Positions 35,353 through 38,530 of a DNA stretch of 38,530 nucleotides are shown one piece after another. The position numbers were made by a program, and so were the translations under genes. The notes under the pieces were generated by a model, which saw only the letters and a list, made by a program, of their open reading frames with translations, was not told the DNA's origin and did not search any database. Numbering within the stretch: the stretch's first letter is position 1; every line of letters begins with the position of its first letter. The stretch is from an uncultured Sphingorhabdus sp. (GTDB lineage Bacteria > Pseudomonadota > Alphaproteobacteria > Sphingomonadales > Sphingomonadaceae), in assembly GCA_964606835.1 (NCBI GenBank), contig CAZSJE010000002.1, positions 1-38,530 on the forward strand, given 5' to 3'.

Positions 35353-36317
35353 CTGCCATCGCCGCGCGCATCTATCGCGACGGACGGCTGTTGACCGATG
35401 TCGATGTCGTGGCGGGGATACCGCAAATCGAAAAGCAGGGCGATTTCATCTGGATCGGGCTGCATGAACCGCACGATGCCATCCTCCGGCTGATCCAGAC
35501 GCATTTCGGCCTGCATCCGCTTGCGGTCGAAGATTCGCTCGACCCAAAACATTTGCCCAAGGTTGAGGCTTATGGCGACCATTTGTTTCTGGTCATCCGC
35601 ACGCCGCGGCTGGAGGGCGACAAGATCGTCTATGGGAACACCGCCATTTTCATGGGTCGGCAGTTCATCATCACGGTGCGTCTTGGATCTGATCGGTCGC
35701 ACAGTCCGGTACGGGCGCAGCTAGAGGCGACGCCGTGGCTGCTGAAGCATGGGCCGGATTTTGTGCTGCACGCGATCCTCGATCACATCATCGACGGCTA
35801 TGCCGACCTTGCCGACCATATGGAGGAGAAGGTTCTGGCGATGGAGGACCGGGCAATCGAGAATTTCCTGGGGCGGGCGGAGACGGCGCGCGTGTTCATG
35901 CTGCGCCGCGAGCTGTTCCGGTTGCAGCGAATATTGGGGCCGACCGAGGATATGGTGAGCCGCTTCATCAATCTCGAATTCCCGGCGATAGACGCCAATA
36001 TCTATCCCTATTTTCGCGACCTGCTCGATCATGTGCGGCGGCTGGTCTACCGGGCGGAGGGGCTGCGCGACACGTTGACTAGCGTGATCGAGACCAGCGG
36101 ATTGCTGGAACAGCAAAGGCAGGGTGCGATCACCCGCCAGCTCGCGGCTTGGGCAGCGATCCTGGCCGTGCCTACTGCAATTGCCGGGATTTACGGGATG
36201 AATTTCGACGTCATGCCCGAACTGCGCTGGGAATATGGCTATTTCGCCATTGTCGGCGTGATGGCCGCGATCTGCCTTACGCTCTATATCCGTTTCAAGC
36301 GGGCTGGCTGGCTGTGA
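35349..36317 (+). CDS. corA: CorA-family Mg2+/Co2+ transporter
   Basis: WIGLHEP, FGLHPLAVED and GIYGMNFDVMPEL (GMN signature), with two C-terminal TMs. Start at ATG 35349 overlapping the DUF1003 stop. Confidence 0.92.
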   Translation: MTAIAARIYRDGRLLTDVDVVAGIPQIEKQGDFIWIGLHEPHDAILRLIQTHFGLHPLAVEDSLDPKHLPKVEAYGDHLFLVIRTPRLEGDKIVYGNTAIFMGRQFIITVRLGSDRSHSPVRAQLEATPWLLKHGPDFVLHAILDHIIDGYADLADHMEEKVLAMEDRAIENFLGRAETARVFMLRRELFRLQRILGPTEDMVSRFINLEFPAIDANIYPYFRDLLDHVRRLVYRAEGLRDTLTSVIETSGLLEQQRQGAITRQLAAWAAILAVPTAIAGIYGMNFDVMPELRWEYGYFAIVGVMAAICLTLYIRFKRAGWL

Positions 36318-37338
36318 CGCGCCGCAACACGGCACCATAGCCTGGCTCAATCGTCATCCGCTGATGATAGCCGCCCGTCCCAAGCAGGTTATGCGCGCGG
36401 GGCAGGCTGTAGCAAGGCAGCCCCATGAACAGGTGATGCTCGCTGTGATAATTGACCCAATAGGGCGCTAGCACGGCGCGTTCCCACCAATTAGCGCGCG
36501 TGGTGCGCGCATGGGTAAAGGGATCGTCGCTCCCCGTCGTGGTGCAGGCATGTTCGGCAATGTTGCGGATGCGCAGGAACAGCTGGAACGTCGTTGCAAG
36601 CGCCACCAGCCAAAACAGGAACGGCATCCAGCCCCAGCAGGCGAGAGAGACTGCAAGGATCACCAGCTGCACGCACAGGAACCGCCCGACCGTGCGCGCC
36701 GTGGTTTTTGCACCATCGACATTCACCGCCGGCGCATCGACCCCGCTGCGGTTCAGCGCGCGACCGGCGCTGGTATCGCGCTCGCCGCTTCCCGCTTCAC
36801 CTGCCAGTATGGCCTTTACCCCGCGCCATGCAGCGGCGAACTGGTGGCTGCGTTGCTTGAAGAATGTCTGCCCGGTCAGATCGCGGATGATTTTGCGGCG
36901 CAGGCTGGCCCGCGTTGTCGGAAAGGGTGCGGAGAGCGACAGGTCGGGGTCCTCCGCCTGCTGCGTGAATTTGTGATGCGTCAAATGATAGGCGCGATAG
37001 GCATAGAGGTCGCTGCCGGTCGCAGCTCCGCTCGGCCATTGGCCCAGCCAATTGTTCAGCTTGCGGTTGGGATGCAGCAGCCCGTGCGCGCCATCGTGCA
37101 TCAGGATCGATAGCCCCAATTGCCGCCCACCCAGGATTGCCAGTACAAAGGGTGTTGCGATCAACCCGGCCAGCCAGTGGTAACTCCAAGCCCAAGCGCC
37201 GCCAAAGGCAGCTAACGCAACGACAATCCATGCGTGCGCGACAAGCCAGATGCCACGCCACGGGGAAACGCGTGTAATCGCTGCCCAGTCTTCGGGCGCA
37301 AAAATGTTTTTCGGATTAGCGGCCTTCACTGCGGGCAT
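36295..37338 (-). CDS. Membrane fatty-acid desaturase family protein
   Basis: Three His boxes (HDGAH, HLTHH, HSEHH) plus RNIAEH. 3' end overlaps corA by 23 bp. Confidence 0.9.
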   Translation of the reverse strand: MPAVKAANPKNIFAPEDWAAITRVSPWRGIWLVAHAWIVVALAAFGGAWAWSYHWLAGLIATPFVLAILGGRQLGLSILMHDGAHGLLHPNRKLNNWLGQWPSGAATGSDLYAYRAYHLTHHKFTQQAEDPDLSLSAPFPTTRASLRRKIIRDLTGQTFFKQRSHQFAAAWRGVKAILAGEAGSGERDTSAGRALNRSGVDAPAVNVDGAKTTARTVGRFLCVQLVILAVSLACWGWMPFLFWLVALATTFQLFLRIRNIAEHACTTTGSDDPFTHARTTRANWWERAVLAPYWVNYHSEHHLFMGLPCYSLPRAHNLLGTGGYHQRMTIEPGYGAVLRRVTASQPA

Positions 37339-37378
37339 GGGTGCAATATACTCTCACCCTGTGTCGCTGCCAAATCCG

Positions 37379-37879
37379 TTACGTTTTGGCGTTTACCCAA
37401 CGAACTGCTGGATCGTCCATGTCCACGGCGTTGCCCAGCTCATAGACATTCTTGTAGCCATAGCCGTACAGGTTGATGAAGGTCTGGATGTTGAGCGCCA
37501 GTGGGCGTGCTTTGGTCGGCACAGGTGCGCGGTTGTTGATGAAATTATTGTTGCAATAGATCAGGATTTCACGGTCCGGATTGTTGCCGATCAGTTCGGC
37601 AAGCGCCTGTGCGGTGAAGTCCGGTAAGGGCAGGTTGACGGCACCTTCGATATGCCCCTGCGCATAGGCACGCGCCGAACGCGCATCGAGCACCAGCACA
37701 TCCTTCTTCGCGGCGCGCGCTTCAAACTCGGCATGGCTGATCAGCCGCTGCGAACGGTAGGGATAGACCTCGGTCGTGAGCGCGCTAAAGCCCGCATAAT
37801 CAATCAGCGGGCTTTCGCTTTGTTGGGCAAAGACGGGAGTGGCAAGCAATATTGCCACAACAAATAGCGGGCGTCGCAT
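37379..37879 (-). CDS. Secreted rhodanese-like domain protein
   Basis: Signal peptide (MRRPLFVVAILLATPVFA), VLDARS..AY..GHIEGAVN and ILIYCNNNF motifs. GAGGAGG RBS before ATG 37879. Confidence 0.85.
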   Translation of the reverse strand: MRRPLFVVAILLATPVFAQQSESPLIDYAGFSALTTEVYPYRSQRLISHAEFEARAAKKDVLVLDARSARAYAQGHIEGAVNLPLPDFTAQALAELIGNNPDREILIYCNNNFINNRAPVPTKARPLALNIQTFINLYGYGYKNVYELGNAVDMDDPAVRWVNAKT

Positions 37880-37937
37880 CGGCAATCCTCCTCGATGGGA
37901 AAAACTGCCAAGGCTGAATTGAACGCCCGCTGAATGG

Positions 37938-38530
37938 CTATTTCTGGCTGACAATCCAGTCGTCGATCTTCTTTTCCAAAACCGTCAGCGGCAGCGCGCC
38001 GGTGTTTAGTACCTGGTTGTGGAATTCGCGGACGTCGAATTTTGCGCCCAGTTCCTTTTGCGCCTTGGCTTTCAGCCGTTGGATCGTCAGCGCGCCGAGC
38101 TTGTAAGCCAGTGCCTGCGACGGGATGGCGATGTAGCGTTCAACCTCGGCCGTCGCGTCGGTCCGACCCATGTCGCTGTTGGCGAGCATGTAATCGATCG
38201 CCTGTTCGCGGGTCCACCCCTTCGAATGGATTCCCGTGTCGACCACCAGCCGCATCGCGCGCAGCATCTCGTCCGACAGCGTGCCGAAACGCTGATAGGG
38301 GTCCTTGTAAAAACCCATGTCATAACCAAGCGTCTCAGCATACAGCGCCCAGCCCTCGACATAGGCGGTGTTGCCACCGAAGCGCATGAAGGCAGGCAAC
38401 GCCTCATTTTCCTGTGCCAGGCTGATCTGGAAATGGTGGCCCGGCGCGCCCTCGTGCAAATAGAGCGTCGTCATTCCCGGCGTGGTGCGGCTGGGCAGGT
38501 CATAGGCGTTGAAATAGAAAATGCCGGGGC
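37938..38530 (-). CDS. DUF885-family protein (C-terminal part; 5' end outside window)
   Basis: HEGAPGHH, AYVEGWALYAE, RAMRLVVDTGIH, EVERY and PSQALAYKLG motifs. Confidence 0.9.
   Translation of the reverse strand, partial: PGIFYFNAYDLPSRTTPGMTTLYLHEGAPGHHFQISLAQENEALPAFMRFGGNTAYVEGWALYAETLGYDMGFYKDPYQRFGTLSDEMLRAMRLVVDTGIHSKGWTREQAIDYMLANSDMGRTDATAEVERYIAIPSQALAYKLGALTIQRLKAKAQKELGAKFDVREFHNQVLNTGALPLTVLEKKIDDWIVSQK

Overview
GC-rich alphaproteobacterial chromosome segment; gene content and order suggest Sphingomonadales (inference). From left to right it contains: the 3' part of a flagellar cluster (fliK-L-M-N-O-P-Q-R-flhB-fliD-fliS, with a sigma28-type promoter before fliD); an MsbA-like ABC exporter; phaZ; a dipeptide epimerase; thiolase and MaoC dehydratase; MscS; an exosortase A (PEP-CTERM) ligase/glycosyltransferase module; a CI/Cro-like switch with no phage genes around it; MBL hydrolase and PaaI thioesterase; a low-GC GNAT insert next to an orphan LexA-boxed promoter; MAPEG; rpmF-plsX-fabH-ihfA-merR; the four-gene CP-ATP-grasp/alpha-E/transglutaminase/Anbu operon; SixA-like phosphatase; DinG-like helicase; class I lysS-DUF1003-corA; a desaturase; a secreted rhodanese; and a partial DUF885 gene. 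There are three main leads. (1) An apparently domesticated lambda-like switch (18703-19973) with tandem palindromic operators, a near-consensus SOS box, a probably leaderless repressor mRNA and one uncharacterised output gene. (2) A perfect alphaproteobacterial LexA box over a near-consensus sigma70 promoter (21835-21865) with no recognisable gene downstream, beside a cassette-like GNAT gene. (3) The Anbu peptide-ligation/protease operon with NtrC-like sites. Two families of REP/REPIN-like palindromes are also present. No rRNA, tRNA, CRISPR array, transposase or integrase was seen. All family assignments are from motif recognition, not database searches.
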